Source: Promethearchaeota archaeon
GTDB lineage: Archaea; Asgardarchaeota; Lokiarchaeia; Sigyniarchaeales; SOKP01
Assembly (NCBI GenBank): GCA_048939995.1
Contig: JBHLOY010000002.1
Coordinates: 32,001 to 96,000, forward strand
Length of the DNA: 64,000 nucleotides
Reading direction: 5' to 3'
Every line of letters begins with the position of its first letter. The first letter of the stretch is position 1. Below, piece by piece: positions 51,055-62,187 of this stretch. The notes under the pieces are model-generated. The model was not told the DNA's origin. It saw nothing but the letters and a program-made list of their open reading frames with translations, and searched no databases. Both the position numbers and the translations under genes were made by a program.

Positions 51055-51954
51055 CTATCTAATCCTTTTGCTTTCATTACCTTGGGGGCATATTTTTAAA
51101 CAATAGGAGCAATAATTATTTTTTAATAAACTTTCTATGCACTTATGGCGATCTATATGGGTTATACGGTCTGCATTTTGAATTGGATTTTCATATGTGG
51201 CTTTTCCAAGGCAATTTTTTATACATGCCCCGCATGTCTCACAAAAATCTGATAGTTTAGAAAAATCTAATCTTTTAGTCTCAATTATATCTGCATCAGT
51301 CGTAATGACGCTCCATCTCTGCCTTGGACCAAATTGAGGTGTAATAACGAGCCCATTTCTTCCCATTATCCCTAAGCCTGCTGACACAGCATGAGCTGTA
51401 AATAATAACTTCCCACCAAATGGGTGATGTGCCTCAGTTTTATATCCTTGCTCTTGTAGATACTTAGTAAGTTCTATTGTTCTCTCACCTAATTCATAAT
51501 AAACTCTAAAAGCTTCAATACCGCAATAAATGCTGGGAGCAGTTTTTATTCTATCCCAATTCATTTCCATCCCTAAAACTATCGCATTTTTCCCAACTAT
51601 TGGCAACTCTTTGAAGATAAAATTTTCTAATACAGGAGTGTAACCAACTAGATCGATTCTTTTTTCTTTAGCTAAACCCTCAAATTCTTGCCAGAATCCC
51701 TGAGTTGTATCAGTTCTAGAATTACCTTCATTCTGATATTTGGTTTTATTACTTTTATCGAAACCCTTGAAAGTACCTTTCAAATACTTGCTAAATTCCT
51801 TAGCAGTTTCTCGATCTAAGGTTTGTTCAGAAGATAAGGTCATAGTAAAAAGCACTTTTGGCACAATAAATACAAGATTCTCATTTTTTCCAACGAAGGT
51901 AGGAACAACTTTTGATTTCTCCATGGAGTTAAAACTTCTATAATAAAATAACAA
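51055..51954 (-). CDS. Epoxyqueuosine reductase / reductive dehalogenase-like Fe-S protein
   Basis: A..AGLG..GRNGL.ITP.FGPR.R...I.TD, FC..CG.C...C, C..C...CP; likely start ATG 51924. Confidence 0.8.
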   Translation of the reverse strand: MLFYYRSFNSMEKSKVVPTFVGKNENLVFIVPKVLFTMTLSSEQTLDRETAKEFSKYLKGTFKGFDKSNKTKYQNEGNSRTDTTQGFWQEFEGLAKEKRIDLVGYTPVLENFIFKELPIVGKNAIVLGMEMNWDRIKTAPSIYCGIEAFRVYYELGERTIELTKYLQEQGYKTEAHHPFGGKLLFTAHAVSAGLGIMGRNGLVITPQFGPRQRWSVITTDADIIETKRLDFSKLSDFCETCGACIKNCLGKATYENPIQNADRITHIDRHKCIESLLKNNYCSYCLKICPQGNESKRIR

Positions 51955-52004
51955 AATTTTTACATTTATTTGTATAGTGATTAAATAGCAATATTAATAA
52001 CTTT

Positions 52005-55000
52005 ATGGTTATCAGCATTAAAGAACTCAAGTATTACTGCCCTTTTTGTCAAAACAAGTTAAGTTCTCGCTATTCCAAATGTTTTAATACTTACTGTGAA
52101 GGTCAAAAGTTTAATGTTGGTAATTTAATTTATTATCGTTTAAATCCAAACTTAGGAATAGGTAGGATTCAAAAGAAATTAGAGATACCTGCATCAAGGA
52201 GATTAGATGAGGAAGATACTTTTCTCATTACTAAATTTAAAGTCCAATTTGAGAATAATATCAGTAGAATTGTTCATCCGATTGATCTTATTCACGTAAT
52301 ATTTACTTTAAATGAACGAGTTATAATTGAATCAGGAACAGGAGTTATAAACTCGAATGACTTTCTCTTCAAAGATGGCAAAATTTCCTATGAAATATTA
52401 TTTCCAAATGGAAATCTCTCTCAAATTTCTGAATCTGAAATAAAATCTATTTATCAACCTTTAATAAAAAAAATTATCTCAAGCAGAGTAACCGATCCTC
52501 CTCAAAACTTCTTAATTAAATATTGGGCTAATCTTTTTCATTCATATTATACCTCATATCAGATAAAATGTATTACGAATAGCAGGTTATCATTAATGCC
52601 TCATCAAATAAATGTAGCTCATCGTTTATCAGAGGAATATTTCCCAAGAGTGATTCTTGCAGACGAGGTTGGGCTTGGAAAAACAATAGAAGCTGGTATA
52701 TTTATTAAGGAAATGATGGCTAGGAACTTAGCAGAAAGGATTTTAATTATCGTACCTGCCTCACTTGTGAAACAATGGGCTTTTGAAATGAGCAATAAGT
52801 TTAATATTGAATTTACTATCTATGATGGTAAGAAAATTAAAGAATTGAAACAAAGAGGGGATAACAAGAGTTTCAATTTATTAGAGAACCCATTTTATTA
52901 CGATAGTAAGCTCATACTATCATTACAATTTGCTCGAAATCCAAAATATATAGATTTACTCTCTCGTATTTCATGGGATATTGTTGTCTTCGATGAAGCA
53001 CATCATTTAAGACGATATTTATTAAATCAAGCCACAGGAAGTTATCGAGAAACTTTAAATTATACATTAGCAAGAAAAGTAAGTAATACTAGCGAATCTT
53101 TGCTTCTATTAACAGCAACACCATTGCAACTCCATTCTTTTGAATTGTATTCTTTAATTGAACTCATTCAGAGAGAAGCTTTTGAAAGTTTTTCAGAGTT
53201 CGAACATTTTAGAAAGAATATGCCTTTTATTAATCTTCTTGTTGCAAACATCAATCAGATTGAGAAGTTAAATAACTTTGAAGTAAAAAATACAGTTAAG
53301 TTGCTTAAAAACTTAAATTACATAGATTGGAAAAAAGGTGATAATGAAATTCTAAATTCTTTAAAAGATGATACTTTTAAACTCAATTTAGTAAAAAAGA
53401 TTGAAAAAGATCATACTTTATGGAAATTTCTTATTCGTAATCGTAAAAAGAATGTTTTTTCTGAGGATTTATTAAATAAGAGAATAGTAAAGACTATAAT
53501 TGTAAATCCATCAAGAGAGGAATTAGAAGTTTATAATGAGATTCGTCTCTACTTAGCCAAAATTTATAACTTATCTATTAATGAAGGAAATGTTGGTTTG
53601 GGATTTATCATAACTACTTTACAAAAATTATTAACTAGTTCTAAATATGCGTTCTTAAAAAGTCTTGAGAGAAGATTGGAGCAAATAAAAAGATATAAAA
53701 GTTTGAGGATTAATTTAGAGGAACTTAGAGAAGAGGATCCAGAGTATTTTGAAATAGAACTTGAAGAAGAAAATATTGAGAGTGATGTTTTTGATCATCT
53801 AAATGGGATTAAATCTAATAATAGTCAAGAATCTCCTTTAGATATTATAAATCAAGAAAAATTGTTAATTGATTTTTATGATAAATTAACATCCCTATCT
53901 TATGATACAAAATCTAAGAAGTTAATTGAATTGCTTTCCCAGATTTATGAAGCTAATAAAAATGAAAAAGTGTTAATCTTTACCCAGTTCGTTGACACTT
54001 TAATACATCTTAAGGAATTAATTCAAAGCTACATAAAAGAGAGTCAAGTGGAAGTATTTTATGGGGGGCTAGATAAAGATGAGAAAGATCTAGCTGTTGA
54101 AAGATTTCGAACTGATGATAAATTCTCAGTTTTAATCTCAACAGAAATTGGAGGTGAGGGCAGAAATTTCCAATTTTGTAGGGTGTTAGTTAATTATGAT
54201 CTTCCATGGAATCCAATGAAATTAGAACAAAGAATAGGGCGACTAGATAGAATTGGTCAGGAATCTAAGGAGATATATATCTACAATTTTTTCTTGGAGG
54301 GAACAATAGAAACAGATATTATTTTTGCTTTAAATAAGAGAATAAACCTATTTGAAGAGTCAATTGGCGTTTTAGAACCAATTATAGGAAAAATTGAAAA
54401 AGAAATTAAAGAAATTGTTTTTATTGAAAGTGAGGGAAAGAAAAGAAAAAAATTGAATGAATTCTATCGCAATCTCGATGAGCAATTTCAGAGAGCCAAA
54501 GAAATTGAAATGCAGTTTGAAGATTTATTAATAGATAAAAAATCATTTCAAATGGATGATTTAATTACATCCTGTGAGGACGTCAAACTAACACATAATG
54601 AATTATATCTTCTAATTAAATATTTTTTTGAGTTAAAAGATAATTTGTATGGATATTTAGAAAAATACAGAGATAAGATGAGTAATTCGCTCGTGAAAAT
54701 TAGTATGAAAGAGGATCTGTTATCGAATTCGAATTTTAACCTTTCTGAGGAATATATTGGAACTTTTAACTTAAATTTAGCACGAGAAAGAGAAGATATT
54801 GATTTTTTCGCTTTAGGACATCCTATGATAAACGCTATTATAGATTTTTGTAGAAATAATTCATTTAAAGGAAATTTTACCTTCCTAATAATAAAAAAAA
54901 ATCGTTTAGCGAAGATTTTTCAGATGAATTTCCAAAAAGATAAAACATTTTATTTATTAATATTTAAAATTAAATTTCAAGGTTATATTATCGAATATCA

Positions 55001-55589
55001 GTATATTGCAATCATAGTCGATGAGAATGGTGAAGAGATTGAAAATCTAGCTGAAATCATACTTAATATTGAAAATTTTTCAAAAATATTTGAATATGAG
55101 CACTTTACTGATAATATATTAGATTTAAATCAGGGACTTACAGAAGAAATCGTTCTGAAAGCAAAAAATCTAGTAAAGAGAAAAACATCGAACTGGAAAC
55201 AAGAGATAAGGGCATTAAATGATAAAATCTATAATTTAGAGCGAAGTAAGAAAGAAAAAGTTTATCAGTTTAAAAGCAAGATATTAACTCAAAAAATTGG
55301 GAATTTAAATCGTAAATTAGAAAGAAAAGTAAAACAAAAACCAACTGAAAAACAAATGAAGAATATTTTAAGTTTAACTGATGAAGCTAAAAGAAGAGAA
55401 AGGTTAAAAAAAGTGAAGCAAATTGATGAGGATATAAATTTTCTTGAAAAGGATATTGCTTTTACAGAAAAAAAAATTGATGATTTATCTTTTGAATTTG
55501 AAGATATTAAAAATGAAATGATAAAAAGAAACTTAGCTAAATTTTATACGAATTTATCTTCTTTTGCTATTGTGAAAATAGTAGAATAA
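52005..55589 (+). CDS. SNF2-family helicase (RapA/HepA-like) with N-terminal Zn finger
   Basis: PHQ, LADEVGLGKT, DEAHH, LLTATP, GEGRNFQF, NYDLPWNP..LEQRIGRLDRIGQ. Confidence 0.92.
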   Translation: MVISIKELKYYCPFCQNKLSSRYSKCFNTYCEGQKFNVGNLIYYRLNPNLGIGRIQKKLEIPASRRLDEEDTFLITKFKVQFENNISRIVHPIDLIHVIFTLNERVIIESGTGVINSNDFLFKDGKISYEILFPNGNLSQISESEIKSIYQPLIKKIISSRVTDPPQNFLIKYWANLFHSYYTSYQIKCITNSRLSLMPHQINVAHRLSEEYFPRVILADEVGLGKTIEAGIFIKEMMARNLAERILIIVPASLVKQWAFEMSNKFNIEFTIYDGKKIKELKQRGDNKSFNLLENPFYYDSKLILSLQFARNPKYIDLLSRISWDIVVFDEAHHLRRYLLNQATGSYRETLNYTLARKVSNTSESLLLLTATPLQLHSFELYSLIELIQREAFESFSEFEHFRKNMPFINLLVANINQIEKLNNFEVKNTVKLLKNLNYIDWKKGDNEILNSLKDDTFKLNLVKKIEKDHTLWKFLIRNRKKNVFSEDLLNKRIVKTIIVNPSREELEVYNEIRLYLAKIYNLSINEGNVGLGFIITTLQKLLTSSKYAFLKSLERRLEQIKRYKSLRINLEELREEDPEYFEIELEEENIESDVFDHLNGIKSNNSQESPLDIINQEKLLIDFYDKLTSLSYDTKSKKLIELLSQIYEANKNEKVLIFTQFVDTLIHLKELIQSYIKESQVEVFYGGLDKDEKDLAVERFRTDDKFSVLISTEIGGEGRNFQFCRVLVNYDLPWNPMKLEQRIGRLDRIGQESKEIYIYNFFLEGTIETDIIFALNKRINLFEESIGVLEPIIGKIEKEIKEIVFIESEGKKRKKLNEFYRNLDEQFQRAKEIEMQFEDLLIDKKSFQMDDLITSCEDVKLTHNELYLLIKYFFELKDNLYGYLEKYRDKMSNSLVKISMKEDLLSNSNFNLSEEYIGTFNLNLAREREDIDFFALGHPMINAIIDFCRNNSFKGNFTFLIIKKNRLAKIFQMNFQKDKTFYLLIFKIKFQGYIIEYQYIAIIVDENGEEIENLAEIILNIENFSKIFEYEHFTDNILDLNQGLTEEIVLKAKNLVKRKTSNWKQEIRALNDKIYNLERSKKEKVYQFKSKILTQKIGNLNRKLERKVKQKPTEKQMKNILSLTDEAKRRERLKKVKQIDEDINFLEKDIAFTEKKIDDLSFEFEDIKNEMIKRNLAKFYTNLSSFAIVKIVE

Positions 55590-55605
55590 TATTATAAGAC
55601 TAATT

Positions 55606-55992
55606 CTATTTATAATTAAGTAAAAATTCTAAGAAGAGAATACCATAAATCAGGTCTACTATTACTGGTATAAAGAAAATTATATTGAAATCCCCCATAA
55701 TAAAATAAATTAAGAATAATATGAAGAGTGAAAACTTCTCAATGACACAGATTTGAACGATTCCTCTATTCTTAGTAATATCTTTACTTATTATATATAA
55801 AACTATACCAATAAGAACAACAAAAACCAAGAAACCATGCATGAATAATAAGCTAGGAGGAATCGAGATGCCAAGGAAATGTGCTGCTAATGGTAGGAAA
55901 AATAGAGTTAATAGCACAAACAGGATCCCAATTACCCAATTCCATAAAGCACCGCTAAGAAACATATATCTATAATATTTTTCGCGATCCAT
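55606..55992 (-). CDS. Hypothetical membrane protein
   Basis: Four hydrophobic segments. Confidence 0.7.
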   Translation of the reverse strand: MDREKYYRYMFLSGALWNWVIGILFVLLTLFFLPLAAHFLGISIPPSLLFMHGFLVFVVLIGIVLYIISKDITKNRGIVQICVIEKFSLFILFLIYFIMGDFNIIFFIPVIVDLIYGILFLEFLLNYK

Positions 55993-56047
55993 CTATTTTC
56001 ACAAGATTGACTTTTTAAGAAAAATGTCTTATTATAATAAAAGCTTT

Positions 56048-56875
56048 CTAACTTGATGAAAAGTTAGCTTTAACAAGGTTATACTTTTTACCAAACCTTT
56101 TAAAGAGTTTTGTCCCTCCTCCCTCTTGAATAATTTGCAAAACCGCGTTAGAATTTATTATTTGCATACCCCCAACTATATCCACCCCATAATCAAATAA
56201 AACATCTGGAATAAAACTTACAGTTGGACCCAGGACAATTATAAACTTAGCATGCTCCTTAAAAATTGCTAATATATCTTCTAAACTATCATTAATTAAC
56301 GATGTACCGCTACAAAATAGGATATCGCAATCTAAATCTCTCTTATTTAATTCCTTAACATCTTTTTTTATATTTAGTCCATTTGAATGCTGTTGGAGCA
56401 AAATATTATTATCCACGATAATTATATGATTAGTAATAACCATAAGCTGCTTAATTAGTGGACTGAAAAACCCAATAAAATTTATTCTTGTATTTTTATT
56501 TACTTTTAAATACTCTACTAGATTTTGTTTCAATTCATCATAAGGATTTATTATAGCTAAAATATGTTGTGAAGCTGCATTTAATGTCGCAATTCCAATT
56601 ATTTTTTGCAAACTAGGGGATCCTAAAGACCATTTCATTAATTCTATATATGAGTTTTCAGTTAATTTTCCAGCAAAATTGATCTTTGAACAATCTGTCG
56701 TGTGAATAATATTTGGTAAAGTCTGAGCTACACCCAGAAAGGGATTATAGGCTAATGCAGATAGCTCAACTCCAGTGTATCCCAAACCAACCACTATCTT
56801 AGTCACTTTTGGCGGTAGAATTTTACGATACTTATAGATTTGTAATATTAATTCAAGAGTTCTTTCTAAAATCAT
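56048..56875 (-). CDS. DUF364 Rossmann-like domain protein
   Basis: IG.ATLNA, GTSLIN.SL, LGPT...P..LF..GV...GG. Confidence 0.8.
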   Translation of the reverse strand: MILERTLELILQIYKYRKILPPKVTKIVVGLGYTGVELSALAYNPFLGVAQTLPNIIHTTDCSKINFAGKLTENSYIELMKWSLGSPSLQKIIGIATLNAASQHILAIINPYDELKQNLVEYLKVNKNTRINFIGFFSPLIKQLMVITNHIIIVDNNILLQQHSNGLNIKKDVKELNKRDLDCDILFCSGTSLINDSLEDILAIFKEHAKFIIVLGPTVSFIPDVLFDYGVDIVGGMQIINSNAVLQIIQEGGGTKLFKRFGKKYNLVKANFSSS

Positions 56876-56991
56876 TACTAATAGATAAAATATAACACTT
56901 ATTTAAATTTTTTAATATACATTAAGAGATTAAAACGCGAAAAATTAAAAAAAAATGGGAAATATCCTATTCAAGTCAAGAAATTTTTAAA

Positions 56992-57384
56992 TTGGAGATT
57001 AAAATGGATTATATTATAATTGAAAATGAGAAAATCGGTCAGATTAAGGCCAAGCTATTAGTAGATAAAAATCCAAATACTTGTAAGTCAATATGGGAAA
57101 AACTTCCATTTGATTTACGGTTATCTAGATGGGGAGAAGAGTTGTATGGAGAAATCCCTGTACATATCGGCGAAGAAAATTCTCAAATTGATTGTGAAGT
57201 AGGAGATGTTGGATATTGGCCATCTGGTAATGGATTTTGTATCTTTTTCGGGCCGACACCCGCCAGTAAAGACGACAGACCTAAAGCAGCCTCAGCAGTA
57301 AATATTTTTGCTAAGATTGAGGGAGACCCCAAAATCTTTAAGCAATTTTCATCCTTTGAAGGAGTTGCTAAGAAAATGGAGTGA
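56992..57384 (+). CDS. Cyclophilin-like fold protein (DUF369/DUF3830-like)
   Basis: WGEE.Y, GDV.YWP.G..FCIFFG.TP. Confidence 0.82.
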   Translation: MEIKMDYIIIENEKIGQIKAKLLVDKNPNTCKSIWEKLPFDLRLSRWGEELYGEIPVHIGEENSQIDCEVGDVGYWPSGNGFCIFFGPTPASKDDRPKAASAVNIFAKIEGDPKIFKQFSSFEGVAKKME

Positions 57385-58682
57385 TTAGCTTTATGAGTTT
57401 ACAAGAATGTTTAGCATATCGCAAAGATTGTGCAGGTGGAGCTCAAACTTTAAAACTTTCTGAGGTAAAAAGTCTTTGTAAGTCCGCTCAACAAGGAGAT
57501 TCTTCAAAACCTTTGTTTGTGGTTCTACCTGATGGACCAGATTATAAGGGTGGTATATATAAATATGATAAAGAGGAGTTTACCTTAATAACAGAAAATG
57601 AAAAAACTTCACATGTAATGGAGCTTTATCCTGAGGTGCTTTGGAAAGAAAATATCGAATTGACTGAGTTAATCAATATAGGGCTTGTATGGCAATATTT
57701 ATCACTAAAAGCAGGAAGTATGGGATTTGGTGTGTCCCAACGTGCTAGGCCACCTAAAAAAATCAATAAAGTTGTAAATTCTATTACAAATCAGAATTAT
57801 ATATTTCCTTATTCTGTGGCAGTCCAAAAAAGAGATCATAATTATTTGTTAGAGGATACTTCACAACCTCTCCAGATAAAATTAGAAAAAGGTATCTATT
57901 TCCTTGATACACCTGAATGTTATAAAAATCGAGCAATTTATGAAAAAAAGTATGAAGGTGTTTCTTTAGAGGCTGCTGTTTTTAAACAAATAAAGAAAAA
58001 AGAATCAGATCAGACTAACTATAGCGAACTCTCGCAATTATTATGGGCTAGTCAAGGAGAAAATGATCATGCAACTCACGGAAACAGAGATAAATTAGAA
58101 AAAAATGGATACGGGCGTGTACACGCATCAGGATGTGCAGGATATGCTGTTTATCCTCTAGTTTTTATTAATAATTTAACAGGTATACCAAATGGAGCGT
58201 ATATCTACAACCCCGTCGGTATTTCAGCATTAAATAGATGGATCACTATTGATAATATGAAAAAATATGATCATTTACTTAAAATCTATTCTAATGATAA
58301 TTTCAAAGTTGAAATACAGAAGGAATTCAATATTGGATCCTCAAAATATTTGATCTTATTATGCATTGATAGAAAAAAGCCCTGTTCAGGCTTTATGCAT
58401 AGTAAAGTTGGAAAGATGTTTTTGGATATCCAATATTGGGCTGAAATTGAAGCAGGTATGGCACTTGCCGGATTACAACTTCAAGCAAATGCTTTAGGGT
58501 TAAAATGGCAAAAAGTAGTATTATCCAATCCAGATGATAATAAATACAGATCATTATTTAATCTAGATCTTGCCGAAAGTAATATTAATAAAATGGCATT
58601 AAATTTAGTAAATCTTCCCAAAAATGAGAAGTTATCCCTTAAAGGAAATTTAATTCCTTCTGTTTTGTTTTACTTGGAATAA
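57381..58682 (+). CDS. Nitroreductase/SagB-like fold protein
   Basis: LSQLLWA.QG, R..ASG.A.Y, G.Y.YNP, EAG......LQA.ALGL. Confidence 0.6.
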   Translation: MISFMSLQECLAYRKDCAGGAQTLKLSEVKSLCKSAQQGDSSKPLFVVLPDGPDYKGGIYKYDKEEFTLITENEKTSHVMELYPEVLWKENIELTELINIGLVWQYLSLKAGSMGFGVSQRARPPKKINKVVNSITNQNYIFPYSVAVQKRDHNYLLEDTSQPLQIKLEKGIYFLDTPECYKNRAIYEKKYEGVSLEAAVFKQIKKKESDQTNYSELSQLLWASQGENDHATHGNRDKLEKNGYGRVHASGCAGYAVYPLVFINNLTGIPNGAYIYNPVGISALNRWITIDNMKKYDHLLKIYSNDNFKVEIQKEFNIGSSKYLILLCIDRKKPCSGFMHSKVGKMFLDIQYWAEIEAGMALAGLQLQANALGLKWQKVVLSNPDDNKYRSLFNLDLAESNINKMALNLVNLPKNEKLSLKGNLIPSVLFYLE

Positions 58683-58768
58683 ATTCAGTAGAACTAATTT
58701 TATTTTTTCCTTATTCTTTTTGTATAACAATTGCTAATTAATTTCCTTATTTTGTTATAAAATTAAAA

Positions 58769-58798
58769 AGTTCAGATGTAGTTCATAGTTCAGATGTA
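58769..58798 (+). repeat. 12-bp direct repeat AGTTCAGATGTA x2 upstream of the MFS gene
   Basis: Copies at 58769-80 and 58787-98, with an extra AGTTCA between. Confidence 0.6.
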
Positions 58799-58877
58799 CT
58801 TTTTAAATTGAATCTATTTTAGGCATCTTTAACATAGCATTTATAATGCAATTAAAAAGATTAGCACTGAAAGAATA

Positions 58878-60197
58878 ATGGCATCAAATAAAACTTTTAG
58901 ATATTATATATATTTTTTGTTTGGTCAACAATTTTCAATGTTGGGAAGTCTTATTGTCGGATTTGTAATTACATGGTGGATAACAATTGAGACAGGTAAT
59001 GCTATTTACCTCTCAATTTCAGTGTTTTTAATGTTTATTCCCCAAATAGTTGTCACACCATTTTCAGGGGTTATTGCAGATCGATGGAATAAAAAAACTA
59101 TTATCATAATTTCAGACTCCATGCAGGCATTAGCGACACTTTTAATTTTCACATTCTTTCTTTTCGATTTTAAAAATATCTGGTTTGTTTTAGGAGTAAA
59201 CACTTTTCGAGCAGCTTTATTTGCATTTCAATATCCTACTGTTCAATCCTTGATACCAACTATGGTTCCTAAAGACCAATTGAGTAGAATAAATGGAATT
59301 AATTTCTTATCTTCTGGTATAATAAATGGAATTGGTCCTATGATCGCTGCTACGCTTTTAGCATTCTTTCCAGTAACACAAATTTTACTACTTGATGTGG
59401 GAACGTTTCTAATTGCTTTGATTCCCTTGATGTTAATAAAAATTCCTATGGTAAATAGGATTAATAAAGAAGAAGTTGTTAAAAATTCGATGTTCAAAGA
59501 CTTTAAAGCAGGATTATTAACGATCAAAATGATACCAGGATTATTTGCTATGATTGCTTTTGCAATGATATGGAATTTTTTGAGTCGCCCATGGATGGTA
59601 TTGTTGCCTTATTTTGTTAGATATACTCACGAAGGATCTGCTTTTAATTTAGCCTTGCTAATGGCAGTATCTCAAGGTGCGAACATAGTTGGTTCTCTCA
59701 TTATGTCTATTAAGAAAACATGGAAACATAAAATCAAAATAAATATCATTGGAGCATCGTTATTTTTTGTTGGGATGATACCTGCAACTTTTGCTCCCCA
59801 AGGTAATTTTATTCTAATGATGATATCTCTGTTTCCAGGATGGGTACTACTTCCAATCACAATTTCCACCTATTTAGCAATCATACAGATAACTGTTTCA
59901 AAAGACAAAATTGGGAGAGTAATGTCACTTGATCATATGATCTCTATGGCAATTGCTCCAATCGGAGCACTCATCGCCGGTCCACTAGCAGAAATGCTTG
60001 GTATAGTTAATTTATTCACCATTTGTGCTATTATTGGCGCTGCTTTTCCGGTATTTATATGGCTTTTTACAAAAATAAGACATTTAGAAATAATTGATAG
60101 ACAAAAACTAGCGGAAACTGAAGTAATCGAGGAAGAAGAAAAAGAACAGCAAATAGAAGTTGCTGAAATTGTTGATTATATCGAACCAGTTGAATAG
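58878..60197 (+). CDS. MFS transporter, DHA3/macrolide-efflux-like
   Basis: GQ..S..GS, G..ADRWNKK, P...S..P..V...L.R.NG, GRV. Confidence 0.9.
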   Translation: MASNKTFRYYIYFLFGQQFSMLGSLIVGFVITWWITIETGNAIYLSISVFLMFIPQIVVTPFSGVIADRWNKKTIIIISDSMQALATLLIFTFFLFDFKNIWFVLGVNTFRAALFAFQYPTVQSLIPTMVPKDQLSRINGINFLSSGIINGIGPMIAATLLAFFPVTQILLLDVGTFLIALIPLMLIKIPMVNRINKEEVVKNSMFKDFKAGLLTIKMIPGLFAMIAFAMIWNFLSRPWMVLLPYFVRYTHEGSAFNLALLMAVSQGANIVGSLIMSIKKTWKHKIKINIIGASLFFVGMIPATFAPQGNFILMMISLFPGWVLLPITISTYLAIIQITVSKDKIGRVMSLDHMISMAIAPIGALIAGPLAEMLGIVNLFTICAIIGAAFPVFIWLFTKIRHLEIIDRQKLAETEVIEEEEKEQQIEVAEIVDYIEPVE

Positions 60198-60205
60198 TTA
60201 AAGGA

Positions 60206-60814
60206 TTATTTTTTTAACTTTTTCTTTCTTTTATAATTTTGATAGCGCTTCAGTCCAAATGAGCCAAATGCTATAATTAACATGATGGTAAAAATGATCA
60301 ATATCCCTATATTCCTAAAATCTGTTCCTATTAGTAATCCATGAATGTAAATTAAAAGCAAAGCAAAATAATTCAGTATGTGAAAAAACCTCCAATATTT
60401 CTGTATTTTCTTTCTGATAATCGCAGCTAAAACTGCAATATAAATTAATATCAAGGCAAGCCTTCCCCCTAATTCTAAAAACCTTATCCATGGGATAAAG
60501 ACCGGGATAAATACAAAAATATTCATTTCAGAGATTGCAAAAGTAACGGGATGCAGAGTAATCATTATTAGTCCAAAGATAGAATATATATGATGTTGCT
60601 TAATAAACGGCTTACCAAATATCTTATATAATTGTACCATAAAAGGAGACATTGTGGTTGCTATAAAAATTGCAGTAAATCCAAATAAAGCCCCTAATCT
60701 AATAAAGAAGTAAAATGGATCCGAAATCGGTGTTTGTAAGAATAGAATGAAGACTATAATGAATAAGGCTAGATTAATACTTATTAAAACTATAGCTTTT
60801 TTATTTAATTCCAT
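60206..60814 (-). CDS. Ferric reductase-like transmembrane (heme-binding) protein
   Basis: H......G......HP and W..FH.L.Y.......HG...GTD. Confidence 0.78.
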   Translation of the reverse strand: MELNKKAIVLISINLALFIIVFILFLQTPISDPFYFFIRLGALFGFTAIFIATTMSPFMVQLYKIFGKPFIKQHHIYSIFGLIMITLHPVTFAISEMNIFVFIPVFIPWIRFLELGGRLALILIYIAVLAAIIRKKIQKYWRFFHILNYFALLLIYIHGLLIGTDFRNIGILIIFTIMLIIAFGSFGLKRYQNYKRKKKLKK

Positions 60815-60865
60815 AATTACCCAATTTTTTAGTTTTTTATGATATATATATAATTTTATTTAAAT

Positions 60866-61385
60866 TTATAAAATAAATTGAAGGTGAATATCTTCTGGTT
60901 CTAATTCATATAATTTAGGAATTAATTCATTTGTCAATTTACAACCTATTCCCAGATAAAAATCTATAGTATTTTTAGAAGGGGTAGAGATAAATAACTT
61001 TTTAGCACTTTTTTTTTTCACGTTCAATCATTATTTTCATTAAATTTGTTCCAAGCCCTTGATTTCTGTAATCTATATCTACATGAAAAAATATAACTTG
61101 GAGTTGATCTTTAGTCAAGCCAATAAATTTGGATCCTAAAGCTGCTATTCCTACTATTTTATTATCATCAAAAGCTCCATATATAAATCCACCTTGGTCA
61201 TACACATTATAAAGATCTTTTATATGGATATCAAATTCTTCGGAAGTCCAACCTGGGTCATCAACAAATTCGTTTTTAATAAATAATTTTCCACTTTTAT
61301 AGTAATACAATTGTTCTACAATTTCTCTCCTATTAATTTCTCTCAATTTTTCAATTTCCTTCCTTTGGATTAATTTTATTTCCAT
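60866..61385 (-). pseudogene. GNAT acetyltransferase frameshifted in an A10 run
   Basis: YRNQGLG motif; after the run (61009-18) another frame continues SAKKLFISTPSKNTIDFYLGIGC...EPEDIHL to a stop at 60866. Confidence 0.7.
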
Positions 61386-61386
61386 T

Positions 61387-62127
61387 TTAGCTCTGTTTTT
61401 GTTTTAATTTAGCTAAATATAATCCATCCTCACTATTATAAAGTATTTTACAGTTTAATGAGTGTTCGTTAGCTAAGACTTTTAATGTGTCAGGATCAAT
61501 ATGTAAAATTTGAAACCATTCACCTTTTACTCCCATAAACTCTATACGTATATTAATTTCACCTCTATACTTTCCATTTTCTATATTTCTTTTCTGGTAT
61601 TCAATATGTTTTGGATTGTCAGTCACTCTTACATCTCTGGAATCCATTAATATAAACCCCTCTGGATTCAATAATGTTTTGGCGTGAATTAAAAAAGTTT
61701 TAAGACCATCGAGATCCCCAACAAAAGCAATTGAACATCCCATTAAAAGGAGAGTGTCAAATCTATTCCCTTGAATTTCATAGGGCGTTTTACATTTAAC
61801 ATTTTTTACTCCCCTTTGTTTCATTACTTCACATGCTTTATCGGAAATGTCAATCGCTAAAACATCAAATCCTCTTCTCTGTAACTCTAAACTATGCCTT
61901 CCAGCGCCAGCTCCGATATCTAAAATTTTACCCCTACATTTTTCAATTGCGATTTTTTCTCTCTCTGGGAAACTTAAATATTCTCGAAAATATCCTTCTA
62001 TAAAATCTTCAGTGTTTTGGTCATCGTCTCTATGGTAAATAATTTTTACATCTTTGTCTCCTTTGTAGTAAGTTTCCAATGCTAAACCAAAAGGCTCCAT
62101 TGCTTTTTTGGACATATTATCATACAA
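61387..62127 (-). CDS. Class I SAM-dependent methyltransferase
   Basis: ILDIGAGAGRHSL.LQ, AIDIS, FDTLLL. Confidence 0.9.
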   Translation of the reverse strand: MYDNMSKKAMEPFGLALETYYKGDKDVKIIYHRDDDQNTEDFIEGYFREYLSFPEREKIAIEKCRGKILDIGAGAGRHSLELQRRGFDVLAIDISDKACEVMKQRGVKNVKCKTPYEIQGNRFDTLLLMGCSIAFVGDLDGLKTFLIHAKTLLNPEGFILMDSRDVRVTDNPKHIEYQKRNIENGKYRGEINIRIEFMGVKGEWFQILHIDPDTLKVLANEHSLNCKILYNSEDGLYLAKLKQKQS

Positions 62128-62187
62128 CTCTTAAATCTCGTTTTTTCGATTGAATTTTGTTAATATTTTATCTTAATTTTTAATTTA

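Noticed and set aside
52005-55589. SNF2 helicase as part of a DISARM/defence island
   Set aside because: No DNA methylase, DrmAB or nuclease genes adjacent
58769-58798. CRISPR-like repeat
   Set aside because: Only two 12-bp copies, no spacer-length separation and no cas genes
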